From Octopus sinensis (taxonomy: Eukaryota), in assembly GCF_006345805.1 (NCBI RefSeq), contig NW_021836893.1:1-22677 (forward strand): 22,677 nt of DNA. Reading direction: 5' to 3'. How positions within the stretch are numbered: position 1 is the first letter of the stretch; every line of letters starts with the position of its first letter. The notes beneath the pieces were generated by a model, which did no database searches, had not been told where the DNA came from, and saw nothing but the letters and a program-made list of their open reading frames with translations. The translations under genes were made by a program, and so were the position numbers. Below are positions 20,265-22,677 of this stretch, in pieces.

Positions 20265-20800
20265 TATCGTTATTACCTCGAACATCTACCCGTCATTATT
20301 TGGCAAACTGTGCTGTTGTTTCTAGCAATTTACTTTCTGATTTCTCAAAAGGCTGTCGTTATCTCTTATCTTCCAACGTACTTGAGGAAGATGAGAACCT
20401 TTAACATGGTGACTTCCATTCAAACACTCGGAGGTAGTTGTGGTGTTTATGGAGTGTCTTGATTGAAATTCTCTGATTTGCTGAGACTAATTGTGGATTC
20501 AAAATATTTACAGGACCCTCTGTAAATTTGTTGACGATGACAACTTCAGAAGTGCCGTGGGAGGGCAGTGATCAGCAAGCAACATTTCAAAATAAGAACC
20601 TGTCATTTTGGTCACGTTGCGGGCTTCCAGAATCAAAGAAAGAGCTAAGCAGTCTACATCTCAAGTAGACCCCTTGATCAAAATCATATAGAACATAATT
20701 AAGGACACACATAAATAACTTCTTGAAAAGGACGAAGGTGAGCACAGAGCCCTGCATCACTCCCTTACAGATAGTAAACGGCTACTTTAAGATATTGCAG
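20265..20800 (-). pseudogene. Decayed RTE-clade LINE reverse transcriptase fragment
   Basis: Minus-strand translation across frameshifts: PFTICKGVMQGSVLTFVLF (GV.QG.VL.P.LF), DFDQGVYLRCR, EMLLADHC (ELLFADDC), STISLSKSE (LTISLKKTE), KYVGR (YLGS), EIRK*IARNNS (EI..RIAKAS). The motifs occur in the expected order. Confidence 0.75.
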
Positions 20801-22139
20801 AAACACTTCAGTTTTGCTCTTACTACGATGTTAGTATGATTTGATGGAAATTTGACTGCTATGTCTAGCAAATCGAGTGACCACATAAAAATTTCCTTCT
20901 TAGTTCATCTTCAGATGCATTCTATCGTTCTAGAGAACTATTTATGTATGCGAAAGCAGGTTGAAACGACGGTGGTGAGACGAATAGCGATAAAGAACGT
21001 TTTGTAGACAGCAAAATTACGCCAGTTCCTTAACATTATAAACTATATTTGACAATTGCAAAGTTAAATCTTTAACATTGTTACATTGAAAATATTTAAT
21101 TACTATTAATAATGAGTGGCTCATTAAATTTTTAGTTCTGCAAAATTATATCAAGAAACAAGTTTCCATTAAAAGTTCTAATTTAGGCAAGACAAAGTTG
21201 GTTTTATGAAATTATTGAATACAACAACGTCTCACTCGCTTCCATTTAACGATAAAATCGAAGACTTTGTTGAATAATTAAAATCGCAACAAAATTTAAC
21301 CTGCAACTTCACAACAACAACGATTATTTAATCCTGACAAACTAATATTAATAAACAGCACAACTTTTCTTTTAGATTTCCATTAAATTATCTGAAGCTA
21401 AACATTCAGTTACGGTTTGAAGTTCAACTTCGGTCGATCTTACGTTTCCAGAGGATTCATTGTATCGAACGTAAGTTCCCTTTACAAAACTAACCTTACA
21501 CTAATCAGATGAAGAGAAAGACAATCCAATTAATTTTTTTTAACCCTCCCAGATTGGTTCGATTGACGTGGCTTAATCTCAGCCTGAATACAGATAAGCT
21601 AGTGAACAACGTGTAACTACAGTTTTGGACAATAAAAAACATGAATCCTAGTGCTACGTTGTGGCGTAGATGAACGGATTTAATAAGCAAAGGTCTAAAT
21701 GTAAGTAGCTATACCAATTTATTTACACAATAGTAGTGAATTTCATATCGCTTACGCACGTTTCAGTTCCTACCTTCATTCGTACTTTACAATTAAATTT
21801 CATTATGAATTTTAAAGGTAAAAATCTCTACAAGACAAAAATTGACATAAATTCATTTACATCTTAAAGGATGGAGAGTTCCTTACAGACTGAAATAGCA
21901 CCTTGTGTATGTAACTGCCCGCTCCGAATACCGCATTACATATAAATAACTATATGCGATAAATTACATAAGATATATCATTAAGTATAGATATTCTATC
22001 CATTCTGCAAGGTCTTCGATTTTATGCGTGAAGTGTAAGCAGTGGCAGCATAGCTGAATTGAAGAGTGTATCGGTGAATTGTGTGGAAGTTAATCTTTGC
22101 AACAGCGGACAACATTATGAAGTGGACGAACAGTGCAAT

Positions 22140-22412
22140 GATGGTGGTAGTACCGGCAGTAGTGGTGGAGGTTTTCCGATTTTTGTGTTGATGATGATAG
22201 TGGTGGTGACGGTAGCGGCGGCAGTGGTGGTCGTAGTGGTGGTGGTGGTTGTGGTAATGTTGATTGTGATGTTTGGCGGTGGTGATGTTGGAGGTGCCAT
22301 TGTCAGTGAGTGTTGTTGCTAGTAGTGATGGTGGTGGTGGTGACGGCGGTGGTAGTGGCGGCGGCGGTGGTGGTGGTGGTGGTAGTGGTGGTGGTAGTGG
22401 TGGTGGTGGTGG
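22140..22412. repeat. Degenerate (GGT)n/(GAT)n/(GGC)n triplet tract
   Basis: Direct reading; explains the poly-P/G/V/H ORFs between 21996 and 22518. Confidence 0.9.
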
Positions 22413-22677
22413 GGTGGTGGTCTTCGCCTCTGATCGTTCGAAAAGTGTACATACAACAAGAAGAGCCGAGCCTTGTTCACAGTCGGCCATGAAACGTTGC
22501 AATTGGCAAAAGGATTAGCTGGAAGCGAAGGAAGCAGTTAATTATTCCAGTCATGTAGACCGGGAGGTTTACCATCCTATATGAAGATAATAGAAGCAGG
22601 AATTTCAAATGGAATTAGAAAAGAACTTCACCAATACTTTCCATAGTCCTGGCTTGCTTCCATTCACATGGCGGCTT

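Noticed and set aside
368-22518. Most ORFs in the six-frame track (CV, HT, YI, poly-S/L/V/P/G)
   Set aside because: They are translations of di-, tri- and tetranucleotide repeats that lack stop codons, with no domain content.
1-22677. CRISPR array, rRNA or prokaryotic operon-like system
   Set aside because: There are no regularly spaced repeat-spacer units, rRNA signatures or gene-dense organisation; the sequence is eukaryotic repeat-rich DNA.

Overview
AT-rich eukaryotic, non-coding (intronic or intergenic) DNA, dense in microsatellites and decayed transposable elements. The repeat families resemble those I recall from coleoid cephalopods, probably Octopus; this is an inference, not a database result. 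I see no intact host protein-coding gene, and nearly all ORFs in the track are translated simple repeats. Supported elements: (1) a full-length dead mariner (DD34D) transposon, 8711-9928; (2) the 3' end of a HERO-like RLE non-LTR retrotransposon, 4246-5320, with a zinc knuckle, PD-(D/E)xK nuclease region and structured 3' UTR; (3) a decayed RTE-clade reverse transcriptase on the minus strand, ~20265-20800; (4) a hAT-type and a mariner-type MITE; (5) several SINE heads and tails. The most interesting signal is RNA-structural. A complete minimal type I hammerhead ribozyme lies at 15271-15318 (minus strand). Two more hammerhead cores lie in the arms of a ~490-bp AT-rich inverted repeat (13444-13928 / 14194-14691) that has a tRNA-derived SINE in its spacer. 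Degenerate CUGANGA hairpins occur at 10702 and 12212. Together these suggest several Penelope-like or retrozyme-like ribozyme-bearing elements. A second fold-back (7455-8270) and a promoter-like motif cluster (2280-2385) are also present.
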